Positions 47,901 through 56,180 are shown, counted from the stretch's first letter. The stretch is DNA of 64,000 bases from a virus (IMGVR_UViG_3300024346_000025:7197-71196), one strand, 5' to 3'. Made by a program: numbers and translations. The notes: generated by a model from the sequence alone, not told the origin.

Positions 47901-50900
47901 TTGTGTAGTCTACGTTAACGATTTGGAATATATCATCCACAAACACTTGTAAATCACTGCTATCAGTTATGCTTATCTCACTAAAATTAAATGTTATCTT
48001 AGTGCCGTTGCCAATCTCAACTACGGTTTTAGTAGGTGTAGCTAATATGGTTACTGTATTATCAATGCTGTTATAAGCAATTTGATTCGTGTTCAAACGG
48101 CGCCCTGCTACTACCGCGTACAAGTCCTCGTTATACGGAGTTGCACTCAATATAAATGTATCTTCGGTGTCAGTTGAAGTCAAGAAACGATCAATAACAC
48201 GTTGTTTCTCCACATCACTGGATGCTAACCAATTTGTCTCAAACACGGAGTCAGTAATCAGTGCGGTTGATTCATTAACTAAATTTCGTTTGAAGAAGTA
48301 GTAACCTGGAATTTCACCAAGTGAACCATTTGTGTATCTATTTGTCTCTAAGTCATTCTCAAAAACAATGTCGCTAATTTGTTGTAGACCAGTAACGGTT
48401 ACCGGGAAGCCTAATACCGAATCATCGGTTAGTATTCCACCTGTGTCAACTAAATCATCTTGTGTTAATATTCTATACGAAAATATCTCATTTCCGCTAA
48501 AATTACTGCTTGCGTATTCTAAAGGATCACCTAGTTCAATACCATTGTAATCGTATAATTGAAATAGAGGTGCTACGTTTATTCCGGTCTTTTCTTGACA
48601 TTGCAACCATGTATAAGCGATTCCGCTTGGAATTAAGGATTGATAAAAACTTGTTCCAGCATAAACTGAACCTTGTTCAATCAATACGACATCACCAAGC
48701 TGTGTTGGGTTAGCACTAGCCCCAGTAAGACCTGTCCTTAAATCATACTTGTTAAAATTGATAGTTGGTCCTGACATGTCTACTTGCCACACATAGCGAG
48801 AGATTAAACCAGATGTTCCAGATACATCCCATGCGCTGGTATCCCATCCGTCCCAAGCCACGCCACCCAATGCTGATGAATCATCCCATAGCTGGAAAAC
48901 AGGTGCTGAATTAGGATCTAAAAAGATCACTAGCATGCCGTCAGTTAATGGAACTCCATCTATGTCATAAGATACTTGACCCACTATATCTGAAAGGGTA
49001 CCTGTAACAGCAATTAAATCGACCTCACCTAAGTAATCCGTTCCGTAGTTATAGAGTTGCAAGTCTTGTTTGAATTCAATAATTGGCCGCTGGCCTTTCT
49101 TTGAAGTGTTGATTGGTGTAGCCAGTCTAATAGCGAATATCGCATCAGTTCCTGTAACCGAAGATAGCGGTTGATCCCACGCAACTATAGGATCAAAAGT
49201 CCCTGTTGCTGTTGCATCACCATTACCAGATCCTGAAAGATCTAAACTGATCGGGCCTACTTCTCCTGCATATAATCCGCGGTCGGTTATACTAATCTCT
49301 GTGATTACACCACCAGTACCAACAACCGATACTTCCGCAGTTGGGTGTTTTAGTATAATATTCGCCGACGAGCCACCGGAAGTAGTTATAGAGGACACTG
49401 ACGAATATGTATAATTACTGCCTCGATTATTAACTCTTAGCGATAATATTGCACCTGTTCCACTAACACTAAGCACTTCAACATCAGCCCCTGCTCCGTC
49501 TCCAGCAATGTTTAACACATCGCCAACTAGGTATCCACTACCACCACTAACAATTACTGGATTAGGAATACCAGTAGCAATAACTACTGTATCGCTTACA
49601 CTATAACCTGTGCCGCCGTTTGTAATTGTAATCGTTCGTAACTCTCCTGCGGAGTCCCAATATGATCCAAAGGCTGCAGGGAATGTATCCCACGCGGAAT
49701 ATCCTCCAGTTACCGAGAAGCCGGTTTCATCAATCGCACCATATGTATAATCTTGTCCGTGGTGAGAAACTTCATAATCTGTTATAGCACCTAAGAAATC
49801 CACGCCTAATACTTTTACATACGCATTTATGCCGTCCCCTATTACTGGTAGCTCGTCGTTAACCGAATATCCTGATCCTGGATTAATCATCAGAGCATCT
49901 ATTACCTGTCCTAGTGCTTGAACACTTTCTACAACTGCAATATTATACCAACGATTAGTTCTTGTCCATGCGCTTCCTTCTAAACTCCCTCGTTCGATAG
50001 TGAGATAATCTCTGGTAGCTATGTCTGTGCCACTTGACCACGAAATTGGATACGGTTCTAATAGTCTAATACCACGGCCGACACGTTCCACAGCATATAC
50101 GTTATCGTAGCTTGCTGATCCTACAAACTGTACACGCATGCCGCTTGTAAATTCAAAGCCGCTCGGTAATAAATTAGGATCTTGGCTGGTATTAAAGCTC
50201 TCTTGACCAATGACTAATGTCTCAATTAAAGTATCAAATTGTGCACCTGTGTACGTAGCTGCTTCAACATATACTACTGGCATTCCTGATTCAAATGCTG
50301 TTTCGTTTAGTGCACCAGTAGTCAATTCAAACGATTCACCTATACCCGATGTACTAGCTTGTGCCTGTGGGGTACCACTTGCAAATCCAGACGTGCTGTC
50401 TACAATAATAGTAAATTCGGTCACAAGACCACCGACTTGGGTGTCAACTATAATTCTTGTGCCGTCTTCTAAAATAATAATTTCATTATCTACATATCCG
50501 GTACCACTGTTCCAAGTACCGTTTAATCCTATGTTGTCAAAGTTAGCTTCTGTCTGTCCTACGATAGTCGATTGATCCGTAGATGATGCTAACCATACAT
50601 AATTTTGATAGTTGGTAAACTTGTCAATGTCGATTGGTGGGGCAAAGCTATAAAAGCGATCAGCAAATAACCTATCGTGGTTGCTAACGTCGCCCCCACG
50701 GAACTGGATATAATTGACGAGGTCTTCGTAAAATTGTTCGTTGCGATCATTTAGGGTTGTGCTATCTACAGCATACGCCATTGGTTCAAGCTGGTATGCT
50801 GAACGGCCTTTAGTAGGCTCACCAATGTAGTTGTCTGCGGGCGCACGGTTTACAGTGCTGCTCTTACGACCAATGTAACCTTGTGCCTGTTCTACGTTTG

Positions 50901-50997
50901 CTGGGCTAAATAGTTGATCAAATGTTGCTGCGAAAAATTCTTTCTGTGTATCTGTTTGGAATACAACCGGAAGCTTTCTAACCATTCGTCTTAACAT
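38980..50997 (-). CDS. giant virion structural protein (4005 aa); baseplate- or fibre-associated
   Basis: Single uninterrupted ORF. A ~150-aa domain (…GYSV.D…GYLVGD…F.HP.AEV..V.G.G.IT.ISI..RG…) occurs twice, near nt 49170-49640 and 39170-39640; GxGYxVGD motifs recur. Confidence 0.8.
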   Translation of the reverse strand: MLRRMVRKLPVVFQTDTQKEFFAATFDQLFSPANVEQAQGYIGRKSSTVNRAPADNYIGEPTKGRSAYQLEPMAYAVDSTTLNDRNEQFYEDLVNYIQFRGGDVSNHDRLFADRFYSFAPPIDIDKFTNYQNYVWLASSTDQSTIVGQTEANFDNIGLNGTWNSGTGYVDNEIIILEDGTRIIVDTQVGGLVTEFTIIVDSTSGFASGTPQAQASTSGIGESFELTTGALNETAFESGMPVVYVEAATYTGAQFDTLIETLVIGQESFNTSQDPNLLPSGFEFTSGMRVQFVGSASYDNVYAVERVGRGIRLLEPYPISWSSGTDIATRDYLTIERGSLEGSAWTRTNRWYNIAVVESVQALGQVIDALMINPGSGYSVNDELPVIGDGINAYVKVLGVDFLGAITDYEVSHHGQDYTYGAIDETGFSVTGGYSAWDTFPAAFGSYWDSAGELRTITITNGGTGYSVSDTVVIATGIPNPVIVSGGSGYLVGDVLNIAGDGAGADVEVLSVSGTGAILSLRVNNRGSNYTYSSVSSITTSGGSSANIILKHPTAEVSVVGTGGVITEISITDRGLYAGEVGPISLDLSGSGNGDATATGTFDPIVAWDQPLSSVTGTDAIFAIRLATPINTSKKGQRPIIEFKQDLQLYNYGTDYLGEVDLIAVTGTLSDIVGQVSYDIDGVPLTDGMLVIFLDPNSAPVFQLWDDSSALGGVAWDGWDTSAWDVSGTSGLISRYVWQVDMSGPTINFNKYDLRTGLTGASANPTQLGDVVLIEQGSVYAGTSFYQSLIPSGIAYTWLQCQEKTGINVAPLFQLYDYNGIELGDPLEYASSNFSGNEIFSYRILTQDDLVDTGGILTDDSVLGFPVTVTGLQQISDIVFENDLETNRYTNGSLGEIPGYYFFKRNLVNESTALITDSVFETNWLASSDVEKQRVIDRFLTSTDTEDTFILSATPYNEDLYAVVAGRRLNTNQIAYNSIDNTVTILATPTKTVVEIGNGTKITFNFSEISITDSSDLQVFVDDIFQIVNVDYTINFLSPEPSITFATAPVNGAIVEGRDQTSGAPGINTIVEIFVYTHEAIVAADRGYFEIPNELENNPNNLEITEQSWNDFTSHFVSIIENQVPFEGASFGSINNYRDTAKDGSLGSYILQNQSPLLKAMLVTSSNELDVIEALRFSSKEYTRYKNKFVKIAAQLINEGFTPFNAGDTIPVNQWMDEIIRRITVSREYTNAFKDTYMLSWSNTYEETTFTGLAQASFTLTDFIDLEDPRNAMYVYLNDTLQLVDRDYTISNLNPIQITFPANLIVSDEVVVRLFADTTPAHIPATPSKLGIYPVYKPEIVTDSSYMTPTDVIIGHDGSRVPVYGDYRDELLIEFETRIYNGIIEKFRTLDILPLALTDVKPGKFRETRWTTDEYHSLIKSPFYKWTSTNKADYRTNSYYSSVDTWTWNYNDVTDVDGEALAGYWRGIFDYYYDTQTPESTPWEMLGFREEPTWWTATPNTGDGFIGYGAGPWPASHAMWTDLEAGLIRRGDRAGTDTRYARPGLVAGYVPVDSLGALKATPLLAIDVSASLTAPSSAEAQSDWIFGDMGPVEFAWRTSESYPFAVAEALFLSRPGEFGEKYWDPEHVVTCPVKVEQIVTDVDGLYQRTGNSGLYVHGETLSGVAQVRTGYQVWISGRLRTLNKDLTSEFGELVRSLDVKLGHKMAAFTDADTMRVFVEGVSVSSSSSNLLIPTENIEVSLHTGAPVREYFYGGVLVKAIADGTFKVYGYDVLSGEFTYEPRTASNTDTNINIGGKPAAFTNYTTGQTYAIGSIVRLNGVYYRAIVAHTASSWIPANWQKLTTLPITGGLNVTHKKQGTGSLATIEYGHTFTTVQALFDFIIGYSDFLESEGWVFENINAETGKLENWLASAKEFLFWVATNWEAGSIIMLSPAAQGVVLEAQEGYPTNVEKIVNGVYSILDKNGVAIDPGNTTIKRDDRKITILPQLEQQGIYSARIYTTETENIVAFDNVTEFNDTIYDPRLGSRLARLFFNGRKTLDWIGKLEAPGYLVTDTGLVPNFENMVNSIRDYHDTESFLDNPQIEDTARHLIGFEERGYFNDLGLHDDAQFQFYKGMTRQKGTLQAIKKLERNEIVTDVGQELLVYGEWALKLGEFGPVCNSNITEFLIHANEVKGDPQLVVLSYPGQAQDPTATASVSAVNIVSSSNVWTTAPAVTFTGGGGSSATATAILDSDGYLSRIDMLNNGSGYTSTPQVLINGAVTATSDRAVATMVYDIDTDIANDDVIVIDADDNARWLIKPSNVACKVGTELWPTIALADVSTQIPNAGFVHTDDIDYMVFDVDAIDGLAAAPIPPSTNGETIWVAKSENEDWAVYALYSYAGTITQLGINDVGYVAAAGKVTMSVAPYEDVGNLTFLGNSATGVGKIYVGNTLYDYAVDVAHPNYIISKDGVPVADDTFPTVETVPTSIAYMSLLDVRFADETARDAQAAHITASSVATVWIDDNGLSFAEVQSTPAFTVTRTQSNLVDTEKFRSGFVYEYDTKDTLAQLPLYDPFKGTIPGPADLNIAYKTRRDPARYTNASDARLINTGTTFGGNQVGLAWWDLSTCAYLYYEQGDDEYRRDNWGALFTGSSIDIYEWTRSTVVPASYTGDGTVRNTTDYVEKEEWDDLLETVRTFYYFWVKGITTVPNRKDRTLASSEVARLIANPHAQNYAWFSPVSQTGFMFAGVEGVFTDSDNVFQINFSKLEMEDKRHVQWELAREGDSNYTVNTHIWDKMVDSLVGFTDLVPINNSTAGNDEYPLYNFNNALPSAADSSMGYLIVPDPTLSDSNKYGIKRRPLQSMFMDIQTARKIFVQKVNELVSPILLRDENSAWNASMTTNTLWEWVNWYEDGYDSTNTIPTRQVTAVSALDGLANPYHGEIVKVTGARYSLYAYDGPTDTYTLVGREATRLELLDIIWENNPNLPEALELRELITALQTEVFVGEREVDNNLTFFALLNYIFKEQEDLDWVFKTTYLYLKQTGQGLSQNSVYQNDPFDSAVDYITEAKPYHSKLRDYTIVRAADTDVLPGSAEEILRNMSMTLYYDRVRGGDFSIAEARIVKALGMGSATYDGYSTLDAGATLVRLGAAGRYAAQQRDLLADITDLATGLDPDLLSSYSVTAVGMAPTQTEIEAVAALNERIIQEFAADFTGITLQNTLFGSFPSLISADISAAGTGYVVGDTLYLDAGSGIPKAPAAFRVLSIGGSGEITGLKLLSGGAYVQKPTIDPVLLLGGSGTDGSVTSLVFKAGDTQPWDSLPWDQIGWDSNDNDNSITLLDGLGDAADGLNLFADIPAEEEFDGDGTTREFAIVTTTPTYFMFAVVDGVEMRLNVDYFFIAGKLVFITAPGVGTNNIQLFTYIEAGDLINPQVNEGITDEMVPLDPRESFVLVADTTDIPYAIVDGGTSFAIDDVLTAQGGTFTTPLQITVTGVNISTGAIDTFDITEPGTYSVYPANPVTIQTDAVTGLNITNVSIGGPIAIRNDLADAPLWGIRIPYSVLNCADVLTLSPGDSITVVNSFDATKDGTYTVDHTYDDGSTYRFIYVVETMGGTSVNEQITTITTAGTLANVATMNMANGSTSFRIHYDTVHNSHYIRNADSASTTTIAAIGLTDDIIAVTDVTLLYESATAPTLTTPLIAWIGNERIEAYGADEVNNLLLGVRRGTLGTTLSAHDSGVKMFAGGASQEIALPEVYWVDTTSASIYSGTDGIWQDNFDGTIIFSDGTDNLFTANMANGDTLNVTSGGAIAREYSTTIIPVGELSIITITDGAAGYSVGDAAPIPTQIPDPVITNGGINYLVGDTINFGGDGSSGAATVGTINGLGGITSLTFSNRGSGYTFTTVDSITTASGSGSEFEFYHPLAEVAAVDGSGAITAISIISRGSGSAETGTVNFDLTGSGDGTATATGIFDTEALELPSAPIYNTAGRITGANTLTWSVDQQNAGGLNASTTAQAVFINAEAGNAL

Positions 50998-51012
50998 TAA
51001 TTCTTATCCTTC

Positions 51013-54000
51013 TTAGTTAGTGCTATTACTGCTAATTCTTAAATTCGTATCAGTCAAATTACGCACGATCACAACATCCGATACCGACGCCGTACTTAAA
51101 AATAGCTCATTTGATTCTGCTTTTACTTGGAACAAATTACCAAACACTGATTCGGCTTTTTGCGGAACAATTACGATAGACGCAATTGTGTTTGCTAGTT
51201 GCTGGTGTATATATGCTGAAAGCTCTGTGTAGTAAAAGCTTTCACCAAAGTCCCAGTTATTGATACTAAAATATGTGTCAATTGCTTGTATTACCTTCGA
51301 CTTAATTTCATTATCAGTTAGCGTAGCATTAGCAACCTTCACCACTTTGAATGTTGCCTGCAATTCAGATGCTGCACTTGCACCAAACAATAATTTGAAT
51401 TGTGCAGGTTTGTAAATTATTTGATCTGAAAGCATCTTGAATTCTTCCAAGTCACTAAATTGTATGCGCAAATCCTCTGTTGTTGGAGGGACAGGAATTG
51501 ATTCTGTAATGTCATTGCGAGCCTTCCATGTTAGCACATCCGTGTAATATGTGTTCGTTAATAGAACCATATCAATAATGTTGCTTACGCTTGGATCAAT
51601 TCTATTTGCACGTGGTGCATAGTGCTTCCACTTAAAGTAAAATGGATTCGTTGCCGCATTCGTGTCCAGCTCAAAGCTACGACCTGGTCTTGCAGTATAG
51701 TCTGTGGTTGCATCTACGGTCAATGTATAGGTCCCTGTTTGCGTTATCTTATAAAATGCATAGGTGCCACCAAAATTAGAATAAATTACCATGCCGTTAA
51801 ACTGCGCGACCGCTGATGCTAATTGTGTACCTGCAGGAACTGCTAGTATTGTAGATCCAATATCTGCAGGATTTAATGTAGTCCACAATAGATCAACTAA
51901 ACTCGCTGAGGTGCCGCTGTTGATTAACCAGTCCCCACTACCTGGGGATAATTCTGTCAATGCAAACGCTCCACCTACATCAAGTTGTCCAGCTGACCAC
52001 AGTTGGAAGTATTCGTAACCGTCAAAATCGGTAAACCGTTCTGAGAAAACTGTATACTCTGTTCCACCATTGTAAAGCAAATCTACAATGGCTAGCGGAT
52101 CATCTGGAACACCATCATCGTCGGCATCTGGTGGTGATACCTCAATTTTACGTGGGTCATAATATCCATCTTCGTACATAACCAGCGCATCCAATTGTAA
52201 TGGCACTGGTTCTCCTAGAGGATCACCGTATGTCGAAAACGTTAGTGTGAATGTTGCACCAGTACCCGAAGCTGATCCAACGGATGCAGTTACAGGATTA
52301 TTTGGAGTAACACTATAATTTCCTGGGTCACTTATGGATGTTGCAAATATGGTCTGATTTGCATCAACTATAGTATTAAGGGCAAAACCAACACCTACTC
52401 CGCTTGTGCTTGTTTGTGTTAGCGTTGCGTTATCAATGGAAATACCTGTTGTTGACGCAGACAGGACTGTAAATTCTAATACACCGTCACTGGATTGTTC
52501 GTTGTTTGTATTCGTCGTTATTGTAAAGACACTGCCGTCGCCTGTGCTACTTGCCAGAGTTAGTATTGATGCAGTTGAGATTGTAGATGTGCTGCGACTA
52601 AGGATTGTAAATCCATCTATCACACTACCGGCGACCGATGTTACCAATATAACAGTACCGTCTGACATTGTTAATCTATCACCAATGTTATGCAAGGTTC
52701 CCGGGTCGTTAATGGTGCCGTTAGCTGCTGTTGTTGGAAAATCAAAGTCAGCTTCCGTTTGTCCAGCAATTGTAGTTAGATATGTTGTATCAACATTATC
52801 GACTTGTACCACAGTACCATCATACAATGTAATAGTATCACTCACTGCATAACCAATGCCCGGCGCCCAGGCGACGCCAAAAGCAGTTTCATCTTGTGCT
52901 GCTATTGTAGACACAGATGTAACATCTATTGTCCCCGCAGTTGTAAATGTGCCACCGTCAATCGTTAGTGTTTCACCAACCTTGTATCCAGCAGTACCGC
53001 TACTCACTGTTTGTAAACCTGTAATATAAGAATCAGTTCCGCGAATTGTTAGCGTGTTTGTTTTTAGGATTTCAATTTGATCCTTTAAGGATAGACCCGT
53101 CTCAACGTTGATTGCTAAGTTCGCTGGGTCGAAATAGAACCGCACGTCCTCAAAGCTTTCAAAAATATATCTTGAGCCACGTGTTGTAAAATTCCAAACC
53201 ATATCTACAGCATCGTAACTACAGAATACCAACCAGCTACTAGTCCCCCATCCTGAGATATCGAACGTCTCAGTACCATCCGGTGCGCTGGGAGGTACTA
53301 TTACGTACCACGCACCTTCCCTATCATTACTTTCAATATTATAACCTATACCAAAATCTGCTCTGGCACTTATTGCAGTGCTTACTGCGGCTGCTTCCGT
53401 AGCATTAAAGGTTGTTCTAAAATTTGGTACTAAGTCTAATGCAATTCGATCTTTAATTATTTCTTTGTTGAACTCGATGGGCCCAGTTTCTGTTAGGCTA
53501 GTTTCGCTAACCGGAACTCCATCATTAATTATAGACTGCACTGTGACCCAATCTTCTACTGTGGGTGTTGATAGGCTATCAACAAATCTAACGGCACACC
53601 CAGTTTTCAAGAAAGTAATAGGGGACAAGCCGCTTACAGGGTTACTTATTGGTACCGGTGTCGTTGTAGCACCTGTGGATGTTTTAAAGAAGCCTGTATC
53701 GTTTTGCGATTTCTTTGGCTGTGGTTCCCAATATAATGATGCTGCTCCAAAACTTGGAATATTGTTAGATACGTTAAACGCATTTGGGTTTGCAACTAAA
53801 TACGCGGTTCGATATGTACCGTAAAAGAAATTGCGAAGCTCTTGTACCTCTAAGAAATTATTAAGGTCTGCGCTGGTTATTGTGCTTGCATTTTGTGTAG
53901 CACCAACTTCCAAACGTGCGGGTTCGTTATCTTCGTATAGTGCGCCATCATCGCCAAACACTAGCAAGTTTTGTGCTGTGCCTGTTGGATCATTAATATC

Positions 54001-55395
54001 AATGTAACGGCTGTGGCCTGCATGTGTGCGGTTCAATGCCTTTATCTTACGTATCTCTTGACCGCGCGTTAGCGGGAAGATGTTATAGTCTTCGCCGTTG
54101 ACCATTCTGTTTTGCGTGTAGAAAACCTGTGGTGCACGTTCTTTGATCTGCTCGTTTGTCTCAGCGGCCGCACCGTTAGCTACGGTTGCTTCCAAACTAA
54201 AGATCAAACGCAACGAGTATTCTTGACCATCAGCACCATAGTATGGGATGCGTATCTCGTAATTTCTTACGTCCTCAGGGCGTAGTGTTACGTTCTTGTT
54301 TGCGGATGTACGTGCCCATGTGCGGTATGTTCCGACTGGTACGTCACCGAAATTGCCGTCAGCAAATTTCAGCGTGATCTGATCGTTCAATCTTGGGATA
54401 ACGCTAAAGATAGAACGAACGCTATTGCTAATGCTGTTAAAAATAACGTTTGTGCCAACCAAGCTAGGTACTTTAGTCCACTCCTCAATTACGTTACCGT
54501 CCTGATCAATCTCCTGCATGTAGACATCAGTTTCGTTTACGTTTGAAAAGCTAATGTCTGTTGTCCTATTGCGGATTGGGAAATCGTATCTGTTGTCTTG
54601 ACGTTGTAGCTGTCCTTGTTTGAACATGAGGAAGAAGCCAGTGTTTGCTGATCCCATACCCTCGCCGTCGTTCCTATAAATCAAGTTGAAGGAATTTGCT
54701 GGGTTAGGGTGACGCTCGTAAAAATATTCGCCGTCAGTAAAATCAGGATTCACAATGTCGAATGGGTATTGCTTACCACGCACTGAAATATTTAGGTTGT
54801 ATGACACCTCAACGTTTGGTACGCTGTTCATGTCATATAGGTCGGACGGTATGCCGCCAAGTGTGCCTGACTTTGATGGGCGACCGAATGGGTTGCTAGA
54901 CTTGAACGCAGCATTTAGTATTGTTGTGAACTGCTCAAAGCCATCTGGATTGTTAGGATCATTCCAAAATACAGTAGTATTATTGAGATCGCGACCTAGG
55001 CTGTCAGTTATAGACTGGTTCGTTTGTACACCAATGAGCTTGAACAGGCCTGAGGTTGCAATATTACGCTTAGGGTTGTAGCTCAACATACGTGCTAAAC
55101 GTATAATGCTCTCGCGTCGTTCCGCAGTATCGAGGAAGTTTTCGCGGGAGTTTAAGTCCACCCTAAAGTTTAAGCTTGTACCAACGTATGCAAGCAATTC
55201 AATCATCGCTACAAATTCTGAACTCTCAATGTAGTCATTGAAATCTTCAGGATAGTGTGCTCTAATGTAATCAATTAAAGAGGCGCGTATGCTGTCGAAA
55301 TCGTATGCACGGAAGTCAACGTCCTTAAATGATCTGTAAATTGCTTGCCAATCTTCGGCCGCAAATAAATTATTCTGTCTAACACTCTGTGACAT
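51013..55395 (-). CDS. baseplate wedge protein, Baseplate_J / gp6-like N-terminus with a long extension (1460 aa)
   Basis: N-terminal …DFDSIRASLIDYIRAHYPE…SEFVAMIELLAYVGTSL… fits the Baseplate_J pattern; follows the gp25-like gene as in the T4 gene 25-6 and P2 W-J order. Confidence 0.55.
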   Translation of the reverse strand: MSQSVRQNNLFAAEDWQAIYRSFKDVDFRAYDFDSIRASLIDYIRAHYPEDFNDYIESSEFVAMIELLAYVGTSLNFRVDLNSRENFLDTAERRESIIRLARMLSYNPKRNIATSGLFKLIGVQTNQSITDSLGRDLNNTTVFWNDPNNPDGFEQFTTILNAAFKSSNPFGRPSKSGTLGGIPSDLYDMNSVPNVEVSYNLNISVRGKQYPFDIVNPDFTDGEYFYERHPNPANSFNLIYRNDGEGMGSANTGFFLMFKQGQLQRQDNRYDFPIRNRTTDISFSNVNETDVYMQEIDQDGNVIEEWTKVPSLVGTNVIFNSISNSVRSIFSVIPRLNDQITLKFADGNFGDVPVGTYRTWARTSANKNVTLRPEDVRNYEIRIPYYGADGQEYSLRLIFSLEATVANGAAAETNEQIKERAPQVFYTQNRMVNGEDYNIFPLTRGQEIRKIKALNRTHAGHSRYIDINDPTGTAQNLLVFGDDGALYEDNEPARLEVGATQNASTITSADLNNFLEVQELRNFFYGTYRTAYLVANPNAFNVSNNIPSFGAASLYWEPQPKKSQNDTGFFKTSTGATTTPVPISNPVSGLSPITFLKTGCAVRFVDSLSTPTVEDWVTVQSIINDGVPVSETSLTETGPIEFNKEIIKDRIALDLVPNFRTTFNATEAAAVSTAISARADFGIGYNIESNDREGAWYVIVPPSAPDGTETFDISGWGTSSWLVFCSYDAVDMVWNFTTRGSRYIFESFEDVRFYFDPANLAINVETGLSLKDQIEILKTNTLTIRGTDSYITGLQTVSSGTAGYKVGETLTIDGGTFTTAGTIDVTSVSTIAAQDETAFGVAWAPGIGYAVSDTITLYDGTVVQVDNVDTTYLTTIAGQTEADFDFPTTAANGTINDPGTLHNIGDRLTMSDGTVILVTSVAGSVIDGFTILSRSTSTISTASILTLASSTGDGSVFTITTNTNNEQSSDGVLEFTVLSASTTGISIDNATLTQTSTSGVGVGFALNTIVDANQTIFATSISDPGNYSVTPNNPVTASVGSASGTGATFTLTFSTYGDPLGEPVPLQLDALVMYEDGYYDPRKIEVSPPDADDDGVPDDPLAIVDLLYNGGTEYTVFSERFTDFDGYEYFQLWSAGQLDVGGAFALTELSPGSGDWLINSGTSASLVDLLWTTLNPADIGSTILAVPAGTQLASAVAQFNGMVIYSNFGGTYAFYKITQTGTYTLTVDATTDYTARPGRSFELDTNAATNPFYFKWKHYAPRANRIDPSVSNIIDMVLLTNTYYTDVLTWKARNDITESIPVPPTTEDLRIQFSDLEEFKMLSDQIIYKPAQFKLLFGASAASELQATFKVVKVANATLTDNEIKSKVIQAIDTYFSINNWDFGESFYYTELSAYIHQQLANTIASIVIVPQKAESVFGNLFQVKAESNELFLSTASVSDVVIVRNLTDTNLRISSNSTN

Positions 55396-55407
55396 ATTTG
55401 TTTCCTA

Positions 55408-55785
55408 TTATACCGCGTCTATGTTTTTTCGGTCGTAGTCTATAATGAGATGTTCGGATGTGTTCTGAGGTATGAAATTCAAAATCACATCTAGTCTCAT
55501 AACTTGTTCTAGTTCTCTTGCTTCTACACTAACGATGCTTACTCTTGGTTCTTGACTAATGATGTTTATAGCATCCTCAATAATGGAATCTTTTGTCTCA
55601 TCATCAAACGGATCCATTAAAAGGTCATAGATGATTGTACCATAATCTGGACGCATCACCCTCTCACCTTTTATAGTTTGGAGTGCATTTAGCAAATCTT
55701 GCTTGACCAACTCAATATCAACCATTCTAAATGGAGCTGCGTCACGACCTATTGTGCTAAAACCTATATAAACTTCATCTGCCAT
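55408..55785 (-). CDS. baseplate wedge protein GpW / gp25-like (125 aa)
   Basis: Size and pattern …LQTIKGERVMRPDYGTIIYDLLMDP…IIEDAINIISQEPRV… match the GPW_gp25 family. Confidence 0.7.
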   Translation of the reverse strand: MADEVYIGFSTIGRDAAPFRMVDIELVKQDLLNALQTIKGERVMRPDYGTIIYDLLMDPFDDETKDSIIEDAINIISQEPRVSIVSVEARELEQVMRLDVILNFIPQNTSEHLIIDYDRKNIDAV

Positions 55786-55812
55786 CTTTTACATCTCGCA
55801 TTATCATTTAAC

Positions 55813-55831
55813 TTATTTATCTAATAAATAA
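55813..55831. promoter_or_regulatory. palindromic TTATTTATC-TAATAAATAA giving the ATAAATAA late-like motif on both strands
   Basis: Minus-strand sense AGATAAATAAG lies about 30 nt upstream of the gp25-like ATG; the plus-sense copy lies upstream of the 79-aa gene. Confidence 0.35.
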
Positions 55832-55855
55832 TAACACGTTTTAATTAATGAGTTG

Positions 55856-55884
55856 TTGACATACATCTTGTTGTGTGCTATACT
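55856..55884 (+). promoter_or_regulatory. sigma70-type promoter TTGACA-17-TATACT
   Basis: TTGACA 55856-55861; TATACT 55879-55884. Confidence 0.55.
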
Positions 55885-55908
55885 ACACTTGTGTTTAATA
55901 ACTGAGTA

Positions 55909-56148
55909 ATGGATATGAAAAAGAATGAAATCGTGGTTCGGTTCTCCGAACTTGCTGACACTGCGTTATCTATTAATGCTCGCACTAAAGATAAGCGGTT
56001 CTACCCAATGACTGACGGCCGCAACGGCAAGCTCATTGATTTTGGAATGTACGATTACACTACTAAGAGGTATGTACTTTCTAATATCCACGCTGCAAAC
56101 GCTAAATCAGCGTTAGTGGAAATCGAAAAGATGATTACCCGTCGGTAA
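55909..56148 (+). CDS. small plus-strand gene (79 aa) embedded in the minus-strand baseplate operon (moron-like)
   Basis: Has its own consensus promoter and terminator; RBS TGAGTAATGGATATG; basic protein. Confidence 0.5.
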   Translation: MDMKKNEIVVRFSELADTALSINARTKDKRFYPMTDGRNGKLIDFGMYDYTTKRYVLSNIHAANAKSALVEIEKMITRR

Positions 56149-56153
56149 TACAG

Positions 56154-56180
56154 TGGGGGCTGCAATGGCCCCCATTTTTT
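56154..56180 (+). terminator. rho-independent terminator shared by convergent genes
   Basis: TGGGGGC / GCCCCCA stem with loop TGCAATG, then TTTTTT. Confidence 0.55.

Noticed and set aside
38980-55395. About twenty plus-strand ORFs of 60-150 aa inside the giant and J-like genes
   Set aside because: All are antisense to uninterrupted 12-kb and 4.4-kb minus-strand ORFs with coherent structural-protein composition and repeats.
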